Position numbers and translations under genes: made by a program
Notes under the pieces: model-generated
What the model was told of the DNA's origin: nothing
Databases searched by the model: none
Seen by the model: only the letters and a program-made list of their open reading frames with translations
In this document: in pieces, positions 21,496 through 32,226 of the stretch
Layout of the letters: each line of letters begins with the position of its first letter
Numbering within the stretch: the stretch's first letter is position 1
NCBI GenBank assembly: GCA_963804165.1
Contig: CAWDPO010000006.1
Location: 160,001-224,000, forward strand
DNA length: 64,000 bases
Reading direction: 5' to 3'
Source of the DNA: an uncultured delta proteobacterium
GTDB lineage: Bacteria > Desulfobacterota > Binatia > UBA9968

Positions 21496-22566
21496 ATGAC
21501 ACCACGATCTAATTTCGACCGAGTCACTAGTTATAAAGCGATATTTGCGACGGTCATCATTTCGGCGCTATTTATCTCGGCAGTCCCGGTTTCAGGCCAG
21601 ACCACGCCCTTTTACAAGGATAAGACGATCCGCATCATCGTCGGCTTCACGTCCGGCGGTCTTTACGACCAGTACGCGCGTCTGCTGGCGCGTTATATGG
21701 GCAAACATATCCCCGGCAATCCGAGTATCATCGTGCAAAACATGCCGGGCGCGGGCGGCATCATCGCGACCAATTATGTTTCCGGCGTCGCCAAACCGGA
21801 CGGATTGGCCCTCGGCATGATCGGCAGCGGCATCTATCTAGACCAACTGCTCGGCGTCAAAGAAGCTCAGTACGACGTGCGCAAAATGCCTTTCATCGGC
21901 AGCGTCGATCAGCGGGACTTGCTGTTATATATGCGCGCCGACGCACCCTGGAAATCCGTAGAGGATATCCTCAACGCCAAGGAACTGCCCAAGTGCGGCG
22001 CGACGGGCACTTCCGATCTCACCACCATCATGATTAACATCATGGAGGAAACCCTCGGCACGAAGTTCACTAACGTGCGCGGCTATCCCGGCGGCGTCGA
22101 GATCGATCTGGCCATCGAGAAGGGCGAGCTCCACTGCCGTGGCACCGGTATCACGACGCATTTCGCCCGCGAGCCCTATCACACGTGGCACAAAAACGGC
22201 TTCGACCGGCATATTCTGCAAACCGGCAGCAAAAAGGATCCGCGCATCGCCGACGCACCGACGCTGGTCGATCTGATGGACAAAAGAAAAACACCGGCGC
22301 TCGGCCGCAGCGTCGCCAAGCTCTTGCTGCTTTCCGCCACCGTCGGCCGCCCACTGATCACCACTCCCGGAGTTCCCGCCGACCGGGTGCAGCTGCTGCG
22401 CGAAGCCTACGTCAAAGCGTTCAAAGAACCGGAACTTCTGGCGGAAGCCAAGAAAGCGCGCGTGGAGGTTGAATTGCTCCCCGGCGAAGACGTTGAAAGA
22501 GACATGCGCGACGCAATCACTCAACCCAAGGACGTCGTGGCACGAGTCAAGAAATTGATGGAATAG
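21496..22566 (+). CDS. TctC/Bug-family substrate-binding protein
   Basis: GFTSGGLYD, HIPGNPSIIVQNMPGAGG and AKPDG motifs. Confidence 0.88.
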   Translation: MTPRSNFDRVTSYKAIFATVIISALFISAVPVSGQTTPFYKDKTIRIIVGFTSGGLYDQYARLLARYMGKHIPGNPSIIVQNMPGAGGIIATNYVSGVAKPDGLALGMIGSGIYLDQLLGVKEAQYDVRKMPFIGSVDQRDLLLYMRADAPWKSVEDILNAKELPKCGATGTSDLTTIMINIMEETLGTKFTNVRGYPGGVEIDLAIEKGELHCRGTGITTHFAREPYHTWHKNGFDRHILQTGSKKDPRIADAPTLVDLMDKRKTPALGRSVAKLLLLSATVGRPLITTPGVPADRVQLLREAYVKAFKEPELLAEAKKARVEVELLPGEDVERDMRDAITQPKDVVARVKKLME

Positions 22567-22634
22567 CGGCAGCGGTGTCTTAGCGCCTGCGGCAGAGCCC
22601 GGCCCCCACCCCACGCGCTCGTATCGAGCCTCCG

Positions 22635-22871
22635 ATGAAACCCGTCTTCGTCTATGCGGCACTTCTGCTCGCGCTGGTTTTTCTTGCCGGCGCGGCCGTC
22701 GCAGGAGTGGAGTTGCTGCGCGAAGGAAATAGTTTCACCGACCCAAAAGTCAAGCCTGCGCTGGGATTCCTCGTGACCGGGATGATATTTTTGGGCATCG
22801 GCTTGCGAGGCTTGCGATCCCGCAAACGCCGCGCCTTGCCACGTTCAGAAACCCTGCCGCGGCCGCAATAA
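22635..22871 (+). CDS. Small hypothetical membrane protein
   Basis: Two hydrophobic segments and a basic tail; fills the intergenic gap. Confidence 0.55.
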   Translation: MKPVFVYAALLLALVFLAGAAVAGVELLREGNSFTDPKVKPALGFLVTGMIFLGIGLRGLRSRKRRALPRSETLPRPQ

Positions 22872-22915
22872 CTCGCGTCGACCGCGAACCTTGAATGGAT
22901 TTGACGTAGCTCAGG

Positions 22916-23884
22916 TTACTTTCCCTGTTCCAGCTCTTTCCAAGCCTGGCGCACGAAAGAAAAATCTCGGACTTCGTCCAGCGGGCGTTTTTTATCGGAT
23001 AGGCGATCCAAGAAATTCTCCATGTCGGCGTCGCTCATGATCCCGTCACGCAGAATCGATTTCAGCTCGACGTCATAAGACCGCGCGGCGATCTCTGGGC
23101 TTTGCTTCAGCCACTGCAATAGCACGCGAATCGTTTCTTGGCGGTTCTCGTCGATGAAACGGTTAGCTTTTAGAATGGCGCGCACGCCGCGCCTGACGAA
23201 TTGCGGATTGTCCTTGATCAAGCGATCCGAGGTAATCATGCCCGAAGCCGGCATACCGATCTCCGGCGGTCCAGCCAATACTTTTCCGCCCAATTTTTGC
23301 GCCATGAGATCGTGCGGCGGCGATAACGTGGTTACTTCGACCGCGCCCGTGATGATGGACTGCGCGCGCACCGAGGTATCGCCCAACACAACCGGCTGCA
23401 GCAGCGCCGGATTAAATCCCTTAGACCGCAGCAGCTCTTCCGCCACCAGATGATCCGAGCCGCGCAGGCTCGACACTCCGAGCTTCTTTCCTTTCAAATC
23501 TTGAACGTCTTTAATGCTTGGGTGTGCGATCAGGTAATAGACGCCTTTCTTGAAGGCAACGACAATGATCTTCAAAGGAAATCCCGATAGAATACCCCGC
23601 ACCGTGCTGACGAAGGTGCCGGTAAATGCGACGTCGCCATTCATCAACGCCATCACGCCCAAGCGCGGATTGGCCTGGATGATCTCCACGTCCATGCCCT
23701 CTTCGCGGAAAAAACCTTTGCTCGCTGCCACGTAAAACGGTACCGAGGTGTTGCTGCGACTGGAGATCGATATGGGCACCTTCTGCATCTGCGCACGAGC
23801 GAGCGGCTGCCAGATCATGAGCCCGAACAAAATCGCCGCCGGCAGAATCCGTGTTATCGGAGGCTCGCGGCCCACCCTAATCAT
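22916..23884 (-). CDS. NMT1/SsuA-like substrate-binding protein
   Basis: KGFFREEG, DLKGKKLGV; paralog of the adjacent gene. Confidence 0.86.
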   Translation of the reverse strand: MIRVGREPPITRILPAAILFGLMIWQPLARAQMQKVPISISSRSNTSVPFYVAASKGFFREEGMDVEIIQANPRLGVMALMNGDVAFTGTFVSTVRGILSGFPLKIIVVAFKKGVYYLIAHPSIKDVQDLKGKKLGVSSLRGSDHLVAEELLRSKGFNPALLQPVVLGDTSVRAQSIITGAVEVTTLSPPHDLMAQKLGGKVLAGPPEIGMPASGMITSDRLIKDNPQFVRRGVRAILKANRFIDENRQETIRVLLQWLKQSPEIAARSYDVELKSILRDGIMSDADMENFLDRLSDKKRPLDEVRDFSFVRQAWKELEQGK

Positions 23885-23950
23885 CTGAAGAACTCTCGCC
23901 GAATCCGAAGCCCATTACTCCAACACTCCATCACTCCATTTCCCGTTTTC

Positions 23951-24937
23951 TCACTTCCCCACCTCCAGCTCCTTCAGCGCCTGGCGGGCGAAGGAAAAAT
24001 CGCGGACCTCATCGAGCGGGCGTCTCTTTTCGGCAAGGCGATCCATCTGAAACTCGATTTCTGCGTCGGTCATTTGGCCGTCCTTGGCGAGCGCTTTCAG
24101 CTCGGTGTCGTAGGACCGGCCTGCGATCTCGGTCGATTGTGGCACAAACTTCATCATGACGCGGATCGTTTCTTCCCGGTTCTCTCCAATGAATCGATTG
24201 GCTTTGAGCAGCGCGCGTATCGTGCGTCTGAGAATCGGCGGCTGCTCTTTGATCAACTTATCCGCTGCGAATAGACCAGAGGATGGCACGCCGATTTCCG
24301 GCGGGCCGGAAATGGCCTTCAGGCCCTTTTGCTCCAGCATTAAATCATACGGCGGTGGTACCGAAACAGCCTGCACCACGCCTGAGACCGCAGCTTGAAA
24401 TCTTAGCGACGGGTCACCGACAGCGATCGCTTGAACCAGGTTCGGATCCAGTCCTTTCATGCGCAGCAGCTCCCGGCCGATGATGTGATCGCCGCCATTG
24501 ACCGCGGTCACGCCCAATTTTTTGCCCTTCAAATCCTGAATGTCTTTGATGAGGTCCGGGCGCACCATCAAATAATACGTGCCCTTTTTCAGAAGAACGA
24601 AAACCGTCTTCATCGGCAGGCCCTGCACGATGCCGCGAAAGGTGCTGACGAAGGATGTCGTGAAGGTCACGTCGCCGTTCAATACCGCCATGGCGCCGAG
24701 GCGAGGATTGATTTGGATAAATTCGACTTCCAACCCCTCGTCTTTGAAGAAGCCCTTGGCTTGAGCCACGTAGTACGACGCATTGGTGTTGCTTCGGCTC
24801 GACAGCGAGATGCGGACCTTTTGGCTTTGTGCGTTGATGCCAGGGGCGGCACGAAGGAAACCGCTTAAAAAAATCGCTAGCATTACCAAACAACGCACGT
24901 GGAATCGCATCGAGTTCATTCGTCGCTCCATCTGCAC
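23951..24937 (-). CDS. NMT1/SsuA-like substrate-binding protein
   Basis: KGFFKDEG, DLKGKKLGV; shares SSRSNT and RPLDEVRDFSF with its neighbour. Confidence 0.86.
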   Translation of the reverse strand: MQMERRMNSMRFHVRCLVMLAIFLSGFLRAAPGINAQSQKVRISLSSRSNTNASYYVAQAKGFFKDEGLEVEFIQINPRLGAMAVLNGDVTFTTSFVSTFRGIVQGLPMKTVFVLLKKGTYYLMVRPDLIKDIQDLKGKKLGVTAVNGGDHIIGRELLRMKGLDPNLVQAIAVGDPSLRFQAAVSGVVQAVSVPPPYDLMLEQKGLKAISGPPEIGVPSSGLFAADKLIKEQPPILRRTIRALLKANRFIGENREETIRVMMKFVPQSTEIAGRSYDTELKALAKDGQMTDAEIEFQMDRLAEKRRPLDEVRDFSFARQALKELEVGK

Positions 24938-25045
24938 CTCGCGTCCGGCTAAAAATAGGTCAGCGTACCATTGAGCGTCAAGCAGAATCGACGCGCGGAC
25001 TTGCTATTTACACTTTGGCGCCATTTGGAATAGAGTTCTGACGAC

Positions 25046-26068
25046 ATGAACAAATTGGGAATCGTTGCGTTCCTTCTTTTCCTCTTCGACGCCAGCGCCT
25101 TCGCTAACCCTTTTCTGCCGAGCCCCGGCGCCCGACCGACGATGCTTCGAGTAGCCACATCCGCTGTCACGGGTGGCTTTGTGCATTTGTACGCCGGGCT
25201 CGATTATGGAATTTTTGAAAAGTACGGCCTCAAATGCGAGCATATCTATATCCGCGGCTCATCACCGACTCTCTCCGCGCTCGCAAGCGACCAAGTCCAA
25301 TTCACCTACGGGGCGGCTGACGGTAGTCTTCCCGGGCTGGCGACCGGTGTCGAGGCCAAATTCATTGCTTCTCCTCTAGTCAAGCTTCCCTACGTCATGG
25401 TTGCGCGCAAAGAAATTCGCCGACCCGAAGATCTCAAGGGAAAATCCATCGGGGTGACAAGACCAGGCGACTTGAGCGCCCGTCTGTCGCGGCAGGTCGT
25501 AAGAAAATTTGGCCTGACGACCGATGACGTGACGATCCACCCCATCGGTGGCAGCCAATCAGAACGGTATCAAGCCATGCTGGGCAACGTCGTTCAAGCC
25601 ATCCTCGTTACCCCGCCATTGGACGTCCGCGCCAAGCACGACGGCTTCAATGTGATCTACCGGTTGATCGATCTCGACATTCCCTTCATCTATAGCTCCT
25701 TGCTCACCAGCTATAAGATGCTGCGCGAAAGGCAGGAAATCGTGCAGCGCATGGTAGCCGCTCTCGCCGAGGCCGTGCACTTCGTCGAGAAGAATCCCGA
25801 AAAAGCCAAAGCCGCCATCGCCAAAGCGATGCGTGTGAAGGACGAAGAAGCCCTCCAATCGTCCTACAACGTCTACGCCAAAGAAATTGTCGACCGCACC
25901 ATGGTCGTCCCGGCGAAATCCGTAGGTGAGGCTCTAGAAATCGCCCGCGAGACGGGAACCCTGATCAGAAGAAAGCCGGAAGAACTTTACGACAACAGTT
26001 TCGTCAATAACCTGGAGAAAAGCGGCTTTCTCAAAGAGCTTTGGGGAAACGAGAATTACCGGCGATAA
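25046..26068 (+). CDS. NMT1/SsuA-like substrate-binding protein
   Basis: EDLKGKSIGV; tandem paralog of 26362-27381. Confidence 0.86.
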   Translation: MNKLGIVAFLLFLFDASAFANPFLPSPGARPTMLRVATSAVTGGFVHLYAGLDYGIFEKYGLKCEHIYIRGSSPTLSALASDQVQFTYGAADGSLPGLATGVEAKFIASPLVKLPYVMVARKEIRRPEDLKGKSIGVTRPGDLSARLSRQVVRKFGLTTDDVTIHPIGGSQSERYQAMLGNVVQAILVTPPLDVRAKHDGFNVIYRLIDLDIPFIYSSLLTSYKMLRERQEIVQRMVAALAEAVHFVEKNPEKAKAAIAKAMRVKDEEALQSSYNVYAKEIVDRTMVVPAKSVGEALEIARETGTLIRRKPEELYDNSFVNNLEKSGFLKELWGNENYRR

Positions 26069-26361
26069 ATATCTTTGCCGTTCAGTATCGCACCGAAAGA
26101 GAATTGAAATATTTTGCGTAGCTCGCTGTGGACGCAAAGCTCAAACGTTCCAAAACTATTTAGTCCCGTCAATTAGCTCAGGACACACTTTGAGTTGGAT
26201 CGAATAACTTCGAACAAAGGTTCCAGGCGCTTTTCGCGAAGTTTGTTGTTCGACCTCGCATTCCTCCCTTTTGGCAAAGGGAGGTCAGGAGGGATTTTTG
26301 AGTTGCCGAATCTATCTTTGCCTGTTTACAAGCGTCCGGTGTTTGGCATAGAGTCCGCCGC

Positions 26362-27381
26362 ATGAAGCTAGGAATCATTGCGTTTCTACTTTCACTTCTC
26401 GGGGCTACCGCCTTCGCCAATCCCTATCTGCCCAAGCCGGGCGAGAAAACCCTTTCGATGCGCGTATCCACCTGCGCCGTGTCGGGCGGATTCGTGCATC
26501 TCTACACCGCCCTCGACAACGGACTGTTCGACAAGTACGGCATCAAGTTGGAGAATATCTTCATCCGTGGCAGCGCCCAAAACTTGACCGCGCTCGCCAC
26601 CGACGAAGTCCAGTTTACCTACTGCGCTTCCGACGCCATTATCCCCGGAATGGCGGCGGGGATCGACGTGAAAATCGTCGCTTCACCCCTGGTGAAGCTG
26701 CCGTATGTTTTGGTGACCCGAAAAGAGATCAGGCGGCCGGAGGACCTGAAGGGCAAAGCTTTGGGTATCGCGCGGGCGGGCGACTTGAGCGACCGGCTTT
26801 CCCGAGCCGTCGTGAAAAAATTGGGCTTGGCTCCCGATGCAGTGACCATCCGGCCCATCGGCGGCAGCCAGGGCGAGCGCTATCAGGCGATGGCCGCCGG
26901 CATCGTCCATGGCGTGATCATCACACCGCCGCTCGATGTCCGAGCCAAGAACGAAGGCTACAACGTGATGTATCGCCTGATCGATCTGAATATTCCGTTC
27001 ATCTACAGCTCGCTCCACGCCAGTTACAAAATGCTGCGCGAACGTCCCGAGATCGTCCAACGCATGGTCGCCGCCTTTGCCGAAATCATCTACTTCGTCG
27101 AGAAAAATCCCGACAAGGCCAAAGCGTCGATCGGCAAAGCCATGCGCACCAAGGACCCCGAGGCACTGCAATCCGCGTACGACGTATATGCTAGGGAAAT
27201 CCTCGACCGCACCATGGTCGTCCCCGGTAAAGCGGTCGCCGAAACCGTCGAACTCGCCCGCCAAGAAGGAGCTCCCATCAGAAGAAAACCGGAAGAGATC
27301 TACGACAATAGCTTCGTCAACAATCTGGAAAAAAGCGGCTTCCTGAAAGAGATCTGGGGGAATGAAAATTATAAACGGTAG
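26362..27381 (+). CDS. NMT1/SsuA-like substrate-binding protein
   Basis: EDLKGKALGI; near-identical C-terminus to the previous gene (YDNSFVNNLEKSGFLKE). Confidence 0.86.
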   Translation: MKLGIIAFLLSLLGATAFANPYLPKPGEKTLSMRVSTCAVSGGFVHLYTALDNGLFDKYGIKLENIFIRGSAQNLTALATDEVQFTYCASDAIIPGMAAGIDVKIVASPLVKLPYVLVTRKEIRRPEDLKGKALGIARAGDLSDRLSRAVVKKLGLAPDAVTIRPIGGSQGERYQAMAAGIVHGVIITPPLDVRAKNEGYNVMYRLIDLNIPFIYSSLHASYKMLRERPEIVQRMVAAFAEIIYFVEKNPDKAKASIGKAMRTKDPEALQSAYDVYAREILDRTMVVPGKAVAETVELARQEGAPIRRKPEEIYDNSFVNNLEKSGFLKEIWGNENYKR

Positions 27382-27404
27382 GAGATGATCAAACGGAAGT
27401 TAGC

Positions 27405-28393
27405 TCACCTTCCCTGCACCTTCCTCAACAAACTCATATCCTCCAAATCATCCGGCGTGAAAGTCTTCGCGATCTTCAGCGACTCGCGGTAGATCTCGAT
27501 TTCTTTTTCCACCGCCGCCCGCGGCTTGGTGCCGTCTTTGCTGTAGCCGAGCATCTGCGCGGTAAAAGCTTTCTCCGCCAGCGCCGGATCGATTTTGTGA
27601 TAGCTCGAAACGTATTGAACGACTTCATTTCGATTCGCCGGATTGAGGATGTAGTTCATCGTCCGGTATAAAGCGGCGACCATGCCGTAAACTTTCTGTG
27701 GATTTTTCTTCATGGTTTCCGTCGCGCTGACCAGGCCGATAAAACTCAGCGGCGCATAGGTTCTCGCTTCCGCGAGCTTGACGTAGCCTTTCGCTTGCAA
27801 TTCTTCCACGTACGGCGGAGCGAGCAGAGTCGCGGCAACTCTCTTCGTGACCAACGATTGGATCAAGTTGTCGGTGACCTGCAAGCCGAGCAATGTAACC
27901 TTCCCGGCTTCAATCCCATTGGCGCGTAGAATCACATTGGCCGACATACCCACCGCGTCGGTCAAGGCCGTCACGCCGACCGCCTTGCCAACCAAATCCT
28001 GGATCGATTTGATCTCCGGCTGGGCGAGTAACACATGGACCGGGTCCTGCTGGACGTAGAATATTCGGCGAAGCGGCAAGCCGCGCATGATAGCCGACGT
28101 GGCCGCGCCAGTCGTTGACGAGAAGTCCAATTCCCCGGCAACGAGTGCCGCGATCGCGGTAGGGGGCGCCATCATGACAAGCTGTGGCTCGATCTGCTCC
28201 GCGGCAAAAAACCCTTTATCCTTGCCGAAGTAGTACGGCATGATCGACAGACTTTTCGACGGGATGTGAATGGTGACTTTCGTGGGAACCGAAGCAGCGT
28301 GAACAGCAGACGCGAAACCGCCGCAACGCAGACGACCACATAGAGAAAAATTCCCCACAACCGACGCTGTTTCTCAACCGTAGACATTATCAC
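27405..28393 (-). CDS. NMT1/SsuA-like substrate-binding protein (probable frameshift in the signal peptide)
   Basis: DKGFFAAE, DLVGKAVGV; the hydrophobic leader lies in a different frame (28172-28393 ORF). Confidence 0.8.
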
Positions 28394-28511
28394 CGCCGTT
28401 TCTCCTCGAGCCTATATCAAAGGCCAGACACCTTCTTCCTTCTCTCCCTTGATGGAAAGGATAAAAGTGAGGTTGATTTTCAGAATCCCCTCATCCTAAC
28501 CTTCTCCCGCA

Positions 28512-28667
28512 GGAGACTGTGCCTTAATGTCATTCTGAGCCCCTTCGACCTTGCTCAGGATAAACTCCGGTGAAGAATCTCATCTTCGCGACTATTGGAA
28601 AATGCGAGATGCTTCGCGGTGCTCAGCATGACATCCGTATGATCGTGCGAAGTGCGACACAGTCTCC
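28512..28667. repeat. MITE-like element with 10-bp terminal inverted repeats, nested in another palindromic repeat
   Basis: GGAGACTGTG...CACAGTCTCC flank the GTCATTCTGAG...CTCAGCATGAC core; outer CCTTCTCCC...GAGAAGG arms. Confidence 0.75.
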
Positions 28668-28705
28668 AAGGTGAGAAGGGATAGCCCCAGCGCCCATCAA
28701 TCCCT

Positions 28706-29296
28706 CTACTCATGAAACCTGCTTGCCGCCGCAGCGGCGACTTCTTTAACCGCCGGCAACGGGCAGAACCCCTGAGCCTCGACGGCAAAGACCGGATTGA
28801 ACTTGCTGCGGAAATTTTCCAGCGCGATGATCGCCGCCAGCTCGACCAACTCTTCCTCGGAAAAATGCCGCTTGAGCCGGTTAAAGAAACGATCCGTCAC
28901 CCGCTTGTTGGTGTAGGTCATCCGCTCGCACAATTCCAGTGCGAGTTTTTCGCGCGGCGAAAACAACGGGCTCTTCTTGTAATCGCCCAAAGCCGCTTCC
29001 ACCTTCTCCGCCGACGCCCCATTGCGCATCCCACTGGATGCGTTGATGTCAATTCAATACGGGCAGCCGTTGATGCTCGCGGCTTTCATGCAGAGCAGAT
29101 GGCGCAAGTCGCCGCCGATCAATCCAGACGCGAGAATGCCCGCTTGCAGCGCTTGAACGCCCTTTTGAATTGTCGGCCGTAAGCCATAGACTTTCGCGGT
29201 ATTCAGAATCGAGCCGTATTGTCTTTCCTGTTCCTCGAATATTTGCCGCGTGTCCTCCGACGCCTCTTCCTTCGCGATACCTTTGATTCTCAGCAT
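28706..29296 (-). CDS. AhpD/carboxymuconolactone decarboxylase-like protein, probable selenoprotein (CxxU)
   Basis: ORFs 29054-29296 and 28706-29029 are in the same frame, separated only by TGA in INGCPY-TGA-IDIN; SECIS-like hairpin follows. Confidence 0.8.
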
Positions 29297-29345
29297 GACG
29301 TAACCTCCGGTTGACTGTAATTATAGGGATCGTCGCGAGCGTCCC

Positions 29346-30299
29346 CTACGCGCCTTTCAATAATCTCGCCGCGGTCCCACCGAGCATGTTCTCTTTGATT
29401 TGTGCATCCAGCAGCAGCTTCCGAATCTCTTCGATATACTCACTGACGCCGTCGACGCTCCTACCTCGGGTCGGATCGCTGTTATTGAAATTCTGCGGAT
29501 AGTCGGTGGCAAAAACTAAGCGCTCCGGGCGAATGCCTTCCAGCGCGCAGCGCAGCGCGATCGGGCTGCCCTCGAATCCCGCCATATCGAAGTAGAGTAA
29601 ATCGAAATATTGCTCAAATGACTTCGGCAGCTTGAAGCGGTACGACGAGCGCGCGATCCGCTCCTTGTAGCCGGCCATTCCGCCGCCGAAGTGAGCAAAG
29701 ACGAATTTTAAATCCGGATAACGCTCGATCACACCGCCGGCGATGAGCCGCGTCACCGCCACGCCGAGATCGAACTCGCGCGTGAGAATGACCGGCAGCT
29801 GGTAATCGTTCATCAAGCTGTAGCCCTTCGGCGCCAGTGCCGGGTGAACGAAGATCGGCACGTCTAACTTTTTGATCAAGTCGTAAAACGACGTGAATTC
29901 TTTAGCGTCGAGCGATAGACCGTTGACTTGCGACGAAATGGTTACACCCTTCAATCCGAGCTCGCCGATGGCGCGCTCCAACTCTAGTAATCCTCCATCG
30001 TCCATGACCGGCGCGTGAGCTAACCCCACGAAGCGACCGGGATAATCCTTTTGCGCCCGTGCCGTGCAGTCGTTGATCAATCGGCAATTCTCCAAGGTCG
30101 TGTCCCAACCAAGAATACAGCTCTGCACGGCCACATCGATGCCGACACGATTCATGTCAGCGATCTGCGCGTCAAGATCGAACAGCTGCGCATGCACGGT
30201 GGCATCCCGCGTCTTCACGGCTTCTTTCTTTGTCGGGTCCAAGCCAAATCGCCGGCCGAGCTCCGCAGGTATATAGTGATGCTCGAAGTCGATGACCAT
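29346..30299 (-). CDS. Amidohydrolase 2 family protein
   Basis: IDFEHH, PIFVHP, FAHFGG and FATDYP motifs. Confidence 0.88.
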   Translation of the reverse strand: MVIDFEHHYIPAELGRRFGLDPTKKEAVKTRDATVHAQLFDLDAQIADMNRVGIDVAVQSCILGWDTTLENCRLINDCTARAQKDYPGRFVGLAHAPVMDDGGLLELERAIGELGLKGVTISSQVNGLSLDAKEFTSFYDLIKKLDVPIFVHPALAPKGYSLMNDYQLPVILTREFDLGVAVTRLIAGGVIERYPDLKFVFAHFGGGMAGYKERIARSSYRFKLPKSFEQYFDLLYFDMAGFEGSPIALRCALEGIRPERLVFATDYPQNFNNSDPTRGRSVDGVSEYIEEIRKLLLDAQIKENMLGGTAARLLKGA

Positions 30300-30323
30300 A
30301 ACTTCTCCTTCGTGGGTCTTGTC

Positions 30324-31184
30324 CTAACTATCCAGCACAAATTTTCCCGAGTCGCTAACCATACAAACCGGCATATGCGTGGTGTTGCGCGCGTAGCCGA
30401 TCTTGCCGTAAGCGGTCGATGAGAATCAGCCCGCCGGTGCTGCCGGTCAGCTTTTCCAGCATTTACGACCGCCATGCGCGCCGCTTCGCCGGCTTCTAAA
30501 CCGTTTTGCAGCAACTGCACGGCGTCGCGCGCCATGAGAATACGCATGATCGCTTCGCCGTGACCGGTACACGACACCGCGCCGTAGCTATTCGCATAGG
30601 TGCCGCAGCCGAACAGCGGCGAATCGCCGACTCTCCCCGGCAGCTTATTGAAAATACCGCCGGTCGATGTCGCCACGGCGAGCTTGCCTTTGGCATCGAC
30701 GGCAACACATCCGACGGTGCCATGCGTGCTGTTCCAGCGCTTTTTCTCTCGCTCGGAAATCAGTGAATCAGGCGGAACACTCAGGGAATCCGATTTGACG
30801 CGCGAAAAGCAGCGCGCCTTCGCCGGCGAACATCACATGCCGCCCGTCTTCCATCACGCGACGCGCGAGCTTGATCGGATTCTTTATCCCGCTGACCGCC
30901 GCCACCGCGCCGGCGCGAAGCGAGTCCCCTTCCATGATCGCCGCGTCCATTTCAATCTGACCAAGGCTGTTAAGTGTCGAGCCGGTGCCGGCGTTGAAGA
31001 GCGGATTGTCTTCGAGCATGACAACCGCCGCCTCAGCGGCGTCGAGGCCGGCGCCGCCTTGTTGAAGAATTGTCCAACCGCCGACGGCCGCCGCTTTGCA
31101 ACCTTCGAGTCGTGCCGGAAGACTATCGTCTCTGATCGGCCCCGCGCCGCCGTGAACGATGATGGCAGGCTTGAAGTTTGTCAT
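30324..31184 (-). CDS. Isoaspartyl peptidase / L-asparaginase (Ntn hydrolase), several frameshifts
   Basis: [26 protein letters not shown] and ATSTGG...PGRVGDSP motifs over several frames. Confidence 0.82.
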
Positions 31185-31287
31185 GATCTAAGCTCAGCAT
31201 TCGATGATTAAGCTAGTTACAATCTTAATTGAAACAAGCCACCTTCCGCTCGTCGGTGCCGACAAACGTGAGATGATCCCGGTCGAA

Positions 31288-31418
31288 GAGACTCTGTCAT
31301 AATGTCATCCTGAGGTGCTAGCCGAAGGATCTCGTCTTCGCGGGTAGTTGACAATACGAGATGCTTCGCGTTGCTCAGCATGACACCGATGCGGCGTTTT
31401 GTGTTTGCGGCAAGTCTC
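31288..31418. repeat. MITE/REP-like element (same family as 19266 and 28512)
   Basis: GAGACT...TGTCATCCTGAG...CTCAGCATGACA...AGTCTC. Confidence 0.7.
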
Positions 31419-31495
31419 CAACCGCGGAAGAAAGATTACAAATTGATCACATTCAACGCTGAATCGTTTTCGACTCCGCACTGAAATACGTTAAA

Positions 31496-32122
31496 TCACG
31501 CGAGCTCCCGCAGTACCGCCCGGCACGGCGCGCCGTCCGATCCCGCGAGCTTCACCGGCGGACAGAATAGTTCGTACCGACCGGGCGGCACTTCGGACAA
31601 ATCGACGCCTTCGAGCAGGATCACGCCGTGATCGAGAAACGCGCGGTGTACCGGTACCTGTTCATTAGCCGCCGCTGCCGACAGGTAATCCAATCCCACC
31701 AATTTCAAACCGAGATCAACCAGCGCCTTCGCGCCGTCGACGGAAAAAGGCGCGAAGCTCGGATCGTACTCGCCTTTTTTCAATAAACTTGAATTCCGTG
31801 TCTTGAACAAAACTCGCGTCTCGCCTTGCAGCTCAGCCTTTGCAACATCCGCCGCAGTAATACGCGTGCCAGCTTCAACAGCGCAAACCCGCGCAGGACC
31901 GATGAAGGTTTCCAGCGGAAGCGCCTCGATCGTGACACCGTCGGGCACGAAATGAAACGGCGCGTCGACGTGGGTGCCGGCGTGGACACTCGTGTGAATC
32001 GACGATGAATTATTGCCGTCGCCCTTACTCATGCGCTTGCGCCCGATCAGCTCGAGCGGCTGCGCCGTCACCCAGCGAATAGATTCTGGCGAAAGAGTGA
32101 GAGAGATATCATAAATTTTCAC
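31496..32122 (-). CDS. Cyclase family / kynurenine formamidase-like metal hydrolase
   Basis: HAGTHVDAPFH, GLDYLS and DGAPCRAV motifs. Confidence 0.9.
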   Translation of the reverse strand: MKIYDISLTLSPESIRWVTAQPLELIGRKRMSKGDGNNSSSIHTSVHAGTHVDAPFHFVPDGVTIEALPLETFIGPARVCAVEAGTRITAADVAKAELQGETRVLFKTRNSSLLKKGEYDPSFAPFSVDGAKALVDLGLKLVGLDYLSAAAANEQVPVHRAFLDHGVILLEGVDLSEVPPGRYELFCPPVKLAGSDGAPCRAVLRELA

Positions 32123-32175
32123 GGGATCACCTCCTTTATGGGATCTTATTCAAGGCGAAACAAACTGACAAGCGG

Positions 32176-32200
32176 AGGGCGACCCGCCGGTCGCCCCTAC
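32176..32200. repeat. GTAG-family REP palindrome
   Basis: GGGCGACCCGCCGGTCGCCCCTAC; related copies near 57863 and 19441. Confidence 0.65.
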
Positions 32201-32226
32201 ACATCTCTTGTGTACTTTGCGGTTAA

